A stretch of DNA of 32,000 nt from Candidatus Saccharimonadota bacterium (GTDB lineage: Bacteria; Patescibacteriota; Microgenomatia; UBA1406; GWC2-37-13): positions 600,001-632,000 of the forward strand of contig CP064967.1 of assembly GCA_016699265.1 (NCBI GenBank), in the 5' to 3' direction. The stretch's first letter is position 1. The number at the start of each line of letters is the position of its first letter. Both the position numbers and the translations under genes were made by a program. Shown piece after piece: positions 1 to 8,984 of this stretch. The notes under the pieces are model-generated. The model was not told the DNA's origin. It was given only the letters and a program-made list of their open reading frames with translations, and ran no database searches.

Positions 1-378
1 CTTTAAATATGCTTCATGTACCTCTATGAATCCCATAGGTTTGAGCTCCATACTTTTTACAAGATTTTTAATGCTAGATAAATGTTGCTTCTTCAACTCA
101 TGAGTTTCTGGTTCTACCAGATGCGAGTAAACAAAGAAGATGATATCATCAAAGGTTTTTTTAGTTCTTACCTCAAGTTTATACAAAGCATCGTCAACAT
201 CATCTGCAAGATGATCCCATCTATTTGTTAGCGTAAACTTTTCGCTGTCAATCTTCACTAGATTTGAAGAATCCGAGTCTGACTCTAGGTACATAATTAC
301 GCCATCGTTTTCACGAAGGAGAAGACCTATAAATCCTTTACTAGTTTTTTTTAAAAACGAAAACGGATTAAGGTTCAT
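1..378 (-). CDS. hypothetical protein, N-terminal part (gene runs off the left edge)
   Basis: My own translation of the minus strand from ATG at 376-378 stays open to the window edge (MNLNPFSFLKKTSKGFIGLLLRENDGVIMYLESD...ELKPMGFIEVHEAYLK). It is absent from the ORF track because no stop lies in the window. No family recognised; only a faint resemblance to actin-fold FtsA/PilM-type N-termini. Confidence 0.4.
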   Translation of the reverse strand, partial: MNLNPFSFLKKTSKGFIGLLLRENDGVIMYLESDSDSSNLVKIDSEKFTLTNRWDHLADDVDDALYKLEVRTKKTFDDIIFFVYSHLVEPETHELKKQHLSSIKNLVKSMELKPMGFIEVHEAYLK

Positions 379-387
379 AGGTATAGT

Positions 388-1824
388 CTACTTTGCTGAG
401 GAAGGTAAAATCTTAAAATTCGTTAACACCTGATTTACCCCAGTCTCAGCAGTATTTAGCGCCTGCTCGTATGAGACTCCTTTAATTGTTTCATTAATTG
501 CATTCTGCACATATCCAGATATCGAGTCGTTTAACCCTGAATCGTAGGTCCGAGTAATCATTGGAACTGAACGGAACACCCCTTCCCCCTGCGCTTGTTT
601 AATTACAGCACCTAAATATTCATGTTTTACAAGAAGATCACCAAGATCCTGTCGAGAGTATGCTGTTCCGAAAAATCGCACCTTAGACTGGAGCTCAAAT
701 ATCTTCGTTTCCGATTCCTTTTCAGATAGATACTTTAAAAACTTCCAAGCTTCAATTTGGTTTTTACTATACCTCGATACTCCCTCAACCCAGTAAGAAG
801 CTATCGAAAGTGGCTTACTTCCTGGTATTACCGGTACAGGAACTACCTTCATAGAAAGATCGGGATTCATTGATTTAATCGTTAGGGCTTCCCAAGACGG
901 GGCTATAATCATGGCTACTTTCTCCTGAGAGAATGCCTGAACTGAGTTTGGCATCTGCTCATCCCACGTTGCAGTATCTGACTCTGCAAATCGTCTATAG
1001 CTTTCCAGTGCTCCCGCAGCCTCTGGCCTGCTCAACTGAGCTACATCTCCGCCGTTTTGAGCAAGAAAAAGTCCAAAGATGTCTGAGTAGTGTTCTACAT
1101 TCGATGCAGTTCCTAATGCAATACCTGAGGTTACAATTCTTCCTGTTTGATTCTTAACGGTTAGCTTAGAGACGTCATCTAAAATATCTTCCCAACTTAC
1201 TGGTCCGGAAGCAATGCCTGCTTTTCTGAACAACTCCTGGTTGTACATTAAGACAAGTCCATCTACGCTTAATGGCATTCCATATGCACTGTCACTTATT
1301 ATAAGATCGCTACTATGTATGGGATAAAACAACTTCTTAAACTCACTTACAGACATGATGGTATTTGGCAATGGACTGAGAATGTCACGCATCTCTGGCA
1401 CCCAAGTGTTGTGAAAACGAAATATGTCTGGACCACTCCCATTTTTACTTCTTGCTACAACCTTTTCTCGATAGTCTGTCGGAACCATTTTCGTATATGT
1501 AATGGTTACGTTTGGGTTTTTTTTCTTATAGTCATCGATAAGAGGCTGCATAACATTCCTATCCTCCCACAGTCCCCAGTAACTCAGTGCAATAGCCTTT
1601 TCTGATCCAGACCCTTTCAGAAAGAAGCTAAGAAGCAGTCCAAAAATGACCACAAAAAATAGAACAGATCCTCCCACAATTACATATTTAATACCATGAT
1701 CAGAGTGCGGTTCAGGCATGGGAGCTGTTAAAGGAGATGCAGTCGGTTTTTGAATTGGTGGGACAAGCTCGGCAGGTACCTCCTCAGCTTGCAAAGGCTG
1801 TGGATTTATTTTATCATCAACCAT
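388..1824 (-). CDS. ABC-transporter extracellular solute-binding protein (family 1, sugar type) with Pro-rich N-terminus and a single TM anchor
   Basis: 478-aa ORF with hydrophobic segment YVIVGGSVLFFVVIFGLLLSFFL followed by a typical SBP_bac_1 start (ALSYWGLWEDRNVMQPLIDDYKKKNPNVTITY). No lipobox Cys. No permease or ATPase gene adjacent in the window. Confidence 0.8.
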   Translation of the reverse strand: MVDDKINPQPLQAEEVPAELVPPIQKPTASPLTAPMPEPHSDHGIKYVIVGGSVLFFVVIFGLLLSFFLKGSGSEKAIALSYWGLWEDRNVMQPLIDDYKKKNPNVTITYTKMVPTDYREKVVARSKNGSGPDIFRFHNTWVPEMRDILSPLPNTIMSVSEFKKLFYPIHSSDLIISDSAYGMPLSVDGLVLMYNQELFRKAGIASGPVSWEDILDDVSKLTVKNQTGRIVTSGIALGTASNVEHYSDIFGLFLAQNGGDVAQLSRPEAAGALESYRRFAESDTATWDEQMPNSVQAFSQEKVAMIIAPSWEALTIKSMNPDLSMKVVPVPVIPGSKPLSIASYWVEGVSRYSKNQIEAWKFLKYLSEKESETKIFELQSKVRFFGTAYSRQDLGDLLVKHEYLGAVIKQAQGEGVFRSVPMITRTYDSGLNDSISGYVQNAINETIKGVSYEQALNTAETGVNQVLTNFKILPSSAK

Positions 1825-1831
1825 ACGATTT

Positions 1832-3247
1832 ATGATACCAAATCAAGAGGCCGAACGCTCTCTCTATTATCATTCTGCAATGGCATTTGCACTGGTCGTT
1901 GTCGGAACAATGGGACTTATTGCTGCGTTTACTGTTTTAATGACCCAAAGAGTCGGATCGCGTATCTACCCAAACGTCTACATTAACTCATATAACGTGG
2001 GCAATCTCACCAAAGAAGAGGCTAAAAAACTACTTTCACGCTCTGATTCTCGATACCTTAGCACCTCTGTGACGGTACTTTATAAGTCTGATCCAGTTGC
2101 TACTCTCTCAGCCAAGATCCTTGGTCTCAAGCTTGATACAGACTTTATTCTAGAAGAAGCGTACATGATCGGACGCTCAGATCAGTTTCCTATAAAAATC
2201 GGGCAAAAACTTGGCTCATTTTTTGGACTAAGTAAGCACAACTTTAGTACATCTCTTCAATACGACGAACAACATTTTACTGAGGTTATAACCACCGCGG
2301 AAGATTCGTACAACAAGCCTGCAAAAAATGCCCTCTTCACCTTCAAGGATGGGCGCGTACTTAAGTTTCAACCTGAGGCAAACGGAGTAAAAATTGAGTC
2401 AACGAAATTTTTAAGCGATGTCCGACAAAAAATTCAGACCATTAAGACTAATCCAAGAAATATTAGCGTGTCCATTGAGGAAACTCTTCTTAAGCCTGAA
2501 ATCACACTCGCTCAATCGAATAACTTTGGCATAGAGGAACTAATAGGAGAGGGTCAATCTGATTACAATGGCTCCATTCCTGGACGAGAACATAACGTAG
2601 TTCTTGGAACCTCAAAGTTTAACGGTGTTCTAATTCCAAAAGGAGAAACTTTTTCCTTTAATCAGACTGTTGGTGATATTTCTGCTTTAACAGGATACCA
2701 ACCAGCATACATCATCCAGAATGGAAAGACGGTCCTTGGAGATGGGGGTGGAATCTGTCAGGTTTCCTCTACTCTCTTTCGAGCCGCTTTGAATACGGGT
2801 CTACCAATAATTAGTCGTACAGCACATGCATATCGAGTTCACTACTACGAAAATGATACCGGTCCTGGATTTGATGCAACGGTTTTTTCACCATCGGTAG
2901 ATCTCAAGATTCAGAACGATACTCCAGCAGCAATTCTTATCCAGACCAGCGTGGATGAAGTGAACAGACTTGTCTACTTCAAACTCTATGGTAAAAAGGA
3001 TGGGAGGAAAGTAGAGGTTTCAAAGGCTGAGGTATGGGATGTGTCTCCGCCTCCCGAACCTTCATATGAGGATGATCCCACGCTTCAACGAGGAATAACA
3101 AAGCAGATTGATTTTGGTGCATGGGGTGCAAAAGCACGATTTAGCTACAAGGTTACCTATCCAACAAATGAGGTTAAGGATGAAATATTCTACTCAGTTT
3201 ATCGACCATGGAAAGCTATCTTCATGGTCGGCACTAAAGATAGTTGA
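1832..3247 (+). CDS. VanW-family protein (N-terminal TM helix plus VanW domain)
   Basis: 471-aa ORF carrying the VanW signature block GDGGGICQVSSTLFRAALNTGLPIISRTAHAYRVHYY...GFDATVF, with an N-terminal TM helix (MAFALVVVGTMGLIAAFTVL). Confidence 0.85.
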   Translation: MIPNQEAERSLYYHSAMAFALVVVGTMGLIAAFTVLMTQRVGSRIYPNVYINSYNVGNLTKEEAKKLLSRSDSRYLSTSVTVLYKSDPVATLSAKILGLKLDTDFILEEAYMIGRSDQFPIKIGQKLGSFFGLSKHNFSTSLQYDEQHFTEVITTAEDSYNKPAKNALFTFKDGRVLKFQPEANGVKIESTKFLSDVRQKIQTIKTNPRNISVSIEETLLKPEITLAQSNNFGIEELIGEGQSDYNGSIPGREHNVVLGTSKFNGVLIPKGETFSFNQTVGDISALTGYQPAYIIQNGKTVLGDGGGICQVSSTLFRAALNTGLPIISRTAHAYRVHYYENDTGPGFDATVFSPSVDLKIQNDTPAAILIQTSVDEVNRLVYFKLYGKKDGRKVEVSKAEVWDVSPPPEPSYEDDPTLQRGITKQIDFGAWGAKARFSYKVTYPTNEVKDEIFYSVYRPWKAIFMVGTKDS

Positions 3248-3248
3248 T

Positions 3249-3812
3249 TTATCTGAAGAGACTTGGGCGACCGAGTTTGTATGAAGGGTCTTTGACCTTT
3301 CGTTCCCCAATCTTCTTAGCAGGAACTCCAGCGACAATAGTGAGTGGCTCAACATCCTTTGTAACAATTGCTCCCGCAGCAACAATTGCTCCTCTACCTA
3401 CCGTGACACCGGGCAATATGATGGCACGGGGACCAACAAAAACATAGTCCTCTATAGCAACCGGTTTCGTGATCGCCTTGAATGAACTGTCATGAATATC
3501 GTGCTGAGAGTTGTAGACCATCACCTCAGAGGCGAGAGCTACATGATTGCCTATGGATAGCTTATCTCTTCCATCAAGCACCGCCCTCTCTCCAATGACG
3601 GTATCCTCCCCAATTGCAATATGGCTTGGATCATAGAATACCGCTCCCATATGGATGGTTGAGCCTTTTCCTATCTTTATTCCCGATGCTCGCTGAAAGG
3701 TCTTTCTGAGATTGTGAGAAGGTATTGCTCCGGTGATATGCAGCAAGAAAATTTCGGTTTCTTTTATGACTGCCGTTAATCTTCTGATTATTTTATTAAG
3801 CATATATATCAT
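3249..3812 (-). CDS. hexapeptide-repeat (left-handed beta-helix) O-acetyltransferase, WcaF/maltose-acetyltransferase-like
   Basis: 187-aa ORF with repeated [LIV]-G-x4 hexapeptides ([46 protein letters not shown]). Confidence 0.8.
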   Translation of the reverse strand: MIYMLNKIIRRLTAVIKETEIFLLHITGAIPSHNLRKTFQRASGIKIGKGSTIHMGAVFYDPSHIAIGEDTVIGERAVLDGRDKLSIGNHVALASEVMVYNSQHDIHDSSFKAITKPVAIEDYVFVGPRAIILPGVTVGRGAIVAAGAIVTKDVEPLTIVAGVPAKKIGERKVKDPSYKLGRPSLFR

Positions 3813-3854
3813 TGTACATTATTAATGTACTATAGCTGCCTGCCGGCAGATAGG

Positions 3855-4947
3855 CTACATTCCTAACGCCCTCTTATATACCGCGACCGTCTCCTTTGCC
3901 ATGGTTTTAAATGACATATTGCCTAACAATATAGACGCGTCTACTTTTGGAGTATCTCTAAGAACTTGCTCAATTGTTTCCTGGATATCAGAAACTGAGT
4001 TCGGATTGAATGCGGTGTAAATGGTCTCCTAAGGTTTCCTTAAAGACCTCGATGTTTGAGGCAATAACAGGAGTATTAAAGTACAACGCCTCCATTGGCG
4101 TTAGTCCGTAACCTTCAGATAATGATGGGTGAACTAATGCATTTGCATGTTTATAGAAAAACACAAGGTCCGACAACGAAGCATTATGATACATAACAAT
4201 TCTGTTGCATCTATCTAAAGACTTAATTAAGTCTCGCATCTTCCCGGAAAAATGGTCTTCCGGACCAACTAATACCAACTGGCAGTCGGACTTAATATTT
4301 GCGTACGCCTCGATCAACTTATCCACATTTTTATGGGGATAAAAGTTGCCTACGTACAACAAGAAAGGTTTTGTAAATTGCTTACCTAACAATCTATTTT
4401 CAGTTGCAGTTATCAACTTAAGATTAAGTCCTTCTGGAGTCACGAATATTTTTTCTTCCGCTGCGCTGTACAGTTTCAAAACCTGTCTTTTTACAAACTC
4501 TGTTGGCGTGATAATCGCTCGGCTATTTTTTATTGACTGCTCGATTACCCGAGTCATAGCAAAGTACTTTGGATAGTACTCTAGACCGGACTTTGTAGAT
4601 GCTTTACCTGTCTTAAACAACACGGGAGTTAAATCATGAATCGTTGAGACGAACGGATCTTTATACAGTAACGGATAGCTAAAGTAAGTAAAGTGCATAA
4701 GATCGAGTTTGTAGCTGATTAGTTGTACCAAAAAACCTGTTTGCTCGGCGATCGTATGCCATCGATAATCTGCTTTTACGATATTATACCGATCAGAATG
4801 AGGCACCTGCGATATATCCTCAGAACGCACAAACACAAACACCTTCCAGTCCTTGGGAAGAAACTGTGGCAGGTGATAGAGAAGATTATAAGTGTACACA
4901 CCTACACCAGTTTGCGTAAGTAGTCGAGCGTCAATTCCTAGTCTCAT
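3855..4947 (-). pseudogene. GT4-family (Glycos_transf_1) glycosyltransferase, reading frame broken once near 4021-4026
   Basis: The 319-aa ORF 3988..4947 ends abnormally (…NIEVFKETLGDHLHRIQSELSF*). The next frame continues with a normal GT4 C-terminus (TIYTAFNPNSVSDIQETIEQVLRDTPKVDASILLGNMSFKTMAKETVAVYKRALGM*) and stops at 3855-3857. The EGYGLTPMEA motif is present. Confidence 0.7.
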
Positions 4948-5019
4948 ATTAATTTGAATTTTGAAGTTTAAATCTTGAATTCAATTTCAAATATTTAGTT
5001 TGAAATTTTTAACATTTGA
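4948..5019. repeat. AT-rich spacer containing a TTGAATTTTGAAgTTTAAAT motif shared with 17176-17200
   Basis: 4951 aatttgaattttgaagtttaaatcttgaa compared with 17176 attttgaattttgaaatttaaaatttgaa. Both lie just upstream (in the minus sense) of a start codon: GT4 and rplE. Confidence 0.5.
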
Positions 5020-5911
5020 TCATGACTTCGAATTTCGAATTTTAAATTGAAAATTTATTAATGCATGTACCATACGTGTTACTAACTTAGGATATTTAGT
5101 CGAATAATGCTTGTCAAAAAAGATTCTCATCGCTTCATAAAAAAAATTCGAAGTAGCTTTTTTCTTATTTTTGTCGTCATGTTTCATTCCACTTTTTCCT
5201 TTCAGATGGGTGATTGATTGACCAGGAAAAAGATAATCTTGTAACCGGCTTCCTTAATCCTTTTTGCAAGATCAAGATCCTCCCCATACATAAAAAATCC
5301 TCATCAAAGCCACCAACTACATCAAGAATCGATTTTCTTGTGAGAAAAAATGCCCCACTCGGAGAATCTATTTCATGAGTCTTGTTTAGATCTAAGTGAA
5401 TTAGATGATACCCACCAAAGAATCTATTTAGTAATGGTACATTTTTCGTCACTAACTCAAGTTTGGAAAAGTAGGTAAAGGATCTCCATAGTGTTGGGAA
5501 TCCCCTATGAGAAGCCGGATCAAGTGCGCCGTTTTCAAGATTAACTCGTACTGTCAAAACACCGATTTTGGTATCTGAATCCATTATTTGAAGAAGCTCT
5601 TTTAAATTAAGCTCATGGACCATAGTATCAGAGTTCAAAAAAAGGATATACTTACCTCTTGCCTTCTTGAGCCCTATGTTATTTGCCTTTCCAAAGCCGA
5701 CATTTGTATCATTCTTGATTACTGTACAGCCAAGAGGATATAACTTTGTTTTCTTAATCCTATCAACCGAGTCGTCTGTTGAGGAATTGTCCACCACGAT
5801 AACTTCCAAATCAATCGAAGATTTACTCAATGAGCTTGCTATAGAATCTAGACACTGTGTTGTAAGTTCTACTGTATTGTATGAAACAATAATGATGGAG
5901 AGATCGAGCAT
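5020..5911 (-). pseudogene. GT2-family glycosyltransferase, reading frame broken twice (about 5292-5297 and about 5232-5241)
   Basis: The N-terminus is a typical GT2 (LSIIIVSYNTVELTTQCLDSI, VVDNSSTDDS, FLNSDT). The frame is lost at an A6/T6 run. Restoring one base gives [27 protein letters not shown]. Restoring a second base gives PGQSITHLKGKSGMKHDD...RMVHALINFQFKIRNSKS* with the stop at 5020-5022. 892 nt plus 2 equals 298 codons. Confidence 0.7.
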
Positions 5912-5950
5912 ACTAGTATTTAGTATAGAGTATAAAGTATCCAGTATGGA

Positions 5951-6409
5951 TTATCGTTTTGGTGACTGTTTCTGTCTTCGTGCCTTTCCACCGGTACCGA
6001 CCTTGCGTCGTTCTCGGACTCGTGCATCTCGTGTAAGAAGTCCGGCTTTTTTAAGAATAGGACGGTACTCTTCGTTAACCTTTTCTAGGGCTCTTGCTAT
6101 TGAATGAATCAAAGCATCAAGCTGACTTGATCGGCCACCACCTCTGATATGTGCGGAGATGATAAATCGTTCGTCTGACTTAGTTAATAGTAATGGTTCT
6201 AAATATCGAATTTTTTCGTTTGTTGCAGAAAAAAGGGTTGCGATCGGCTTCGCATTAACAAAGATATTCCCAATAGTTGCCTTGTTTCCCTCTACTAACA
6301 TCGACTTTTCCTTACCGGGCACATATAGCCTAACTCGAGAGATGGCAGACTTTCGTCTTCCAACTGCTTCGTGATATAGATTTGATTTTGTCTTTACTTT
6401 AGTAGCCAT
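5951..6409 (-). CDS. rpsI: 30S ribosomal protein S9
   Basis: 152 aa; the C-terminal block GGGRSSQLDALIHSIARAL...AGLLTRDARVRERRKVG...ARRQKQSPKR is diagnostic. Confidence 0.93.
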   Translation of the reverse strand: MATKVKTKSNLYHEAVGRRKSAISRVRLYVPGKEKSMLVEGNKATIGNIFVNAKPIATLFSATNEKIRYLEPLLLTKSDERFIISAHIRGGGRSSQLDALIHSIARALEKVNEEYRPILKKAGLLTRDARVRERRKVGTGGKARRQKQSPKR

Positions 6410-6412
6410 ATA

Positions 6413-6841
6413 TTAGTTTTTAAACTTATCTTGATGTGGATGATTGTTATCTTTATAAATAAATAGTCGACCCATTCTCACGTCTCTAAGTTTGTTCTTC
6501 GGCAACATTCCAGATACAGCATGATGTACGACCTCAGTTGGTCTTAATCTCAGCTTGTCACCAAGAACCTGCGATGCTAAACCTCCTGGATATCCAGAGT
6601 AACGAGTATACACCTTGCTTTTAAGTTTGTTACCAGTAACAACTAACTGAGCTGCGTTAATTACCACAACACAGTCTCCGCTATCGATATTTGGTGAGTA
6701 TCCAGCCTTTTGCTTACCTTGGAGTAACGAGGTTATATCAGAGATAACTCTTCCGAGTACTTTACCTTTTATATCGATAAGATGCCATTTTCTTTCGACA
6801 TCCTCCGTTCTACCTGGTTTCGTTGAATGTGTTACTTTCAT
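6413..6841 (-). CDS. rplM: 50S ribosomal protein L13
   Basis: 142 aa; motifs WHLIDIKGKVLGRV, DCVVVINA and YTRYSGYPGG; lies directly upstream of rpsI, the conserved pairing. Confidence 0.93.
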   Translation of the reverse strand: MKVTHSTKPGRTEDVERKWHLIDIKGKVLGRVISDITSLLQGKQKAGYSPNIDSGDCVVVINAAQLVVTGNKLKSKVYTRYSGYPGGLASQVLGDKLRLRPTEVVHHAVSGMLPKNKLRDVRMGRLFIYKDNNHPHQDKFKN

Positions 6842-7338
6842 ACAGTTTTCTTCCGACCTGAGGTCGATCGCCCTTTGGGCGAAGCTTTTAATGTTGCCTT
6901 AACTTCTGGTTTTTTCTTTGGCTTTTCGACCGCCGCTGGTTTTGCGGACACAGTTTTTTGCGCTTCGTTCTTTGTATAGATGACGGGACTTACCCATGAA
7001 ATCTGAGCCATAAGCGCTCCATCGCTTGAACGTCGACCAATCTTTGTAATCCTAGTAAAACCACTTGTCCTATCAGCAAAAACACCCTTCACTGCCTTTT
7101 TTAGGTTTACAGGTACATCGTCGACTCCAAAGAAACTTTTAAGCATATTCATCGATGAGTTTGTATCCTTCTTAGCATGTGTCACGAGTCTATCAACAGA
7201 CGCTCTCATATAAAGAGCTTTCTGATGAGTGGTTACAATTTTGCCTTGCATGACAAAGTTCGTTACCAACTTTCTCAACAGCATCGAGTTTGAGTCGACA
7301 CCGTAACCGAATTTTCTCTTGGACACTCTATGATTCAT
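6838..7338 (-). CDS. rplQ: 50S ribosomal protein L17 with a Lys/Pro-rich C-terminal extension
   Basis: 166 aa; N-terminus MNHRVSKRKFGYGVDSNSMLLRKLVTNFVMQGKIVTT matches L17; follows rpoA. The tail contains the double-hairpin repeat listed separately. Confidence 0.9.
   Translation of the reverse strand: MNHRVSKRKFGYGVDSNSMLLRKLVTNFVMQGKIVTTHQKALYMRASVDRLVTHAKKDTNSSMNMLKSFFGVDDVPVNLKKAVKGVFADRTSGFTRITKIGRRSSDGALMAQISWVSPVIYTKNEAQKTVSAKPAAVEKPKKKPEVKATLKASPKGRSTSGRKKTV
6855..6881. repeat. double hairpin GACC-tga-GGTC / CGCCC-ttt-GGGCG inside the 3' end of rplQ (encodes SPKGRSTSG)
   Basis: Read directly. The 15-mer gacctgaggtcgatc at 6855-6869 is identical to 18250-18264. Confidence 0.7.
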
Positions 7339-7343
7339 AAAAT

Positions 7344-8279
7344 TTATTCCTCTGATTTAATATCGATACCCATTTTCTTCAACTCATCCTCAATGAGAAC
7401 GAAGGACTTCTTTCCTAGTCCCTTGACTCCAATGAGTTTATCCTTACCAACTCTTACCAAGTCAGCAACCGTTTCGATGTTTTCTCGAAGCAGAGCATTT
7501 ATAACTCGTGATGGAAGGTTTAACTCATCAATGATAATGTCATTGAGCTTTTGATCAACTTCTTTTGTAACGCTTGCAGCGGTTGCCTGCTCTTCCTTTA
7601 ATTCAGGATTATCTTTTCCTGAAAGAAGGTGATTAAAGTGCTCAGAAATAATAGAGGAAGCATCCTTAATGCTTTGTGTTGGACTGGTAGTACCGTCTGT
7701 CCATACCTCCATTACCAATCGATCAAAGTTTGACTTTCTACCAACTCGAGCTTCCTCAATCTTGAAGTTAACTCTCTTGACCGGTGAGAAGAATGCTTCA
7801 ACTGCGACATAATCAGACTCCTTTTTTTGAATTTCATCTTCACCAAGCGTACCAACGCCAGTCTCTACGACGAAATCAATGTCTATCTTAGCTTTTTCAT
7901 CGGTAATCTCTGCGATATAAAAATCACTGTTTACCACTTTTGCTTCACCACTGATATCTTTTCCTGTAATTTTACCGGCACCTTTAACGTCAAGATGCAT
8001 CATAAAACTACCTTCTCCAGTGGTCTCAAACTTCAACTGCTTAAGATGAAGTAAAATCTCAAGAACAGATTCTTTAACACCTTTAATGGTGCTAAACATG
8101 TGATCAGCATTTGCCGCTCTTATTTGGGTAATTGCAGATCCCTTTAGCGACGATAATAATGTTCTTCTTAGGGCATTACCCATGCTGTTACCAAAACTTA
8201 GTGGTAAAGGCTCGATAATAAACTTACCATAAGTAGGAGTTTCCTCTACTTTTTTAGTGAAAAAATTGGGTTGAACCAT
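7344..8279 (-). CDS. rpoA: DNA-directed RNA polymerase alpha subunit
   Basis: 311 aa; N-terminal domain GNSMGNALRRTLLSSL, C-terminal domain ELNLPSRVINALLRENIETVADL; canonical position after rpsD. Confidence 0.93.
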   Translation of the reverse strand: MVQPNFFTKKVEETPTYGKFIIEPLPLSFGNSMGNALRRTLLSSLKGSAITQIRAANADHMFSTIKGVKESVLEILLHLKQLKFETTGEGSFMMHLDVKGAGKITGKDISGEAKVVNSDFYIAEITDEKAKIDIDFVVETGVGTLGEDEIQKKESDYVAVEAFFSPVKRVNFKIEEARVGRKSNFDRLVMEVWTDGTTSPTQSIKDASSIISEHFNHLLSGKDNPELKEEQATAASVTKEVDQKLNDIIIDELNLPSRVINALLRENIETVADLVRVGKDKLIGVKGLGKKSFVLIEDELKKMGIDIKSEE

Positions 8280-8301
8280 ATATATAAAATTTGTTTTACT
8301 A

Positions 8302-8333
8302 GTCGAGTTTGACTCGACGCCCTTAGATCGGGC
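8302..8333. repeat. double hairpin in the rpsD-rpoA spacer (GTCGAG-tttga-CTCGAC followed by GCCC-ttagatc-GGGC)
   Basis: Read directly: a perfect 6-bp stem followed by a 4-bp GC stem. Same two-hairpin layout as the elements at 6855, 18250, 24326 and 24936. Confidence 0.55.
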
Positions 8334-8354
8334 AAATAATAATTGTAAAACTAC

Positions 8355-8981
8355 CTATCTAGAATAGAACTCAATAACAGATCTCATATTTACTTGCTTC
8401 TCAATACTTTGGCTGTCTGGCATCTTTACAACCTTTCCTTGTGTTGCCTTTCGTTCTAACCACTCAGGAACGATCAGTGTTTCGTTTGCCATCTGTGTCT
8501 CAATATAAGGAATCTTGGTTGTTTTCTCTTTGTTAAATGAAATCTTTTCACCTGCTGTTACTCTGTAAGATGCTACCGATACTACCTTGAACTCAACGGC
8601 AACATGACCATGGTTAACTAGCTGTCTGGCGCTTGCTCTAGTTGGAGCAAACCCTAGTCGATAGATAACATTATCCAATCTCTGTTCAAGTAGTTGGCCA
8701 AGTATTACTCCGGTGTTTCCTTTTGTATTAACTGCCTCGTTGTAATAATTCTTCAACTGAGTTTCAGTAACTCCAAACATAAATCTTAGCTTCTGCTTTT
8801 CCCTCAACTGCTTTCCACGCTCTGACTGCTTCTTTCTCTTTCTGGTTCCGGCACCATGTTGTCCAGGCTTGATTGTCAACTTTTTCAGTAGAGTGGCGTG
8901 ACCCTTTGTTCCTGGAGTCTTCAGTCCAAGATCTTCACCTTCACGTCTCGATACTTTATTTCTAGGTCCTGTATATCTCAT
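8355..8981 (-). CDS. rpsD: 30S ribosomal protein S4
   Basis: 208 aa; MRYTGPRNKVSRREG N-terminus and an S4 RNA-binding domain (RLDNVIYRLGFAPTRASARQLVNHGHV). Confidence 0.93.
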   Translation of the reverse strand: MRYTGPRNKVSRREGEDLGLKTPGTKGHATLLKKLTIKPGQHGAGTRKRKKQSERGKQLREKQKLRFMFGVTETQLKNYYNEAVNTKGNTGVILGQLLEQRLDNVIYRLGFAPTRASARQLVNHGHVAVEFKVVSVASYRVTAGEKISFNKEKTTKIPYIETQMANETLIVPEWLERKATQGKVVKMPDSQSIEKQVNMRSVIEFYSR

Positions 8982-8984
8982 ATT

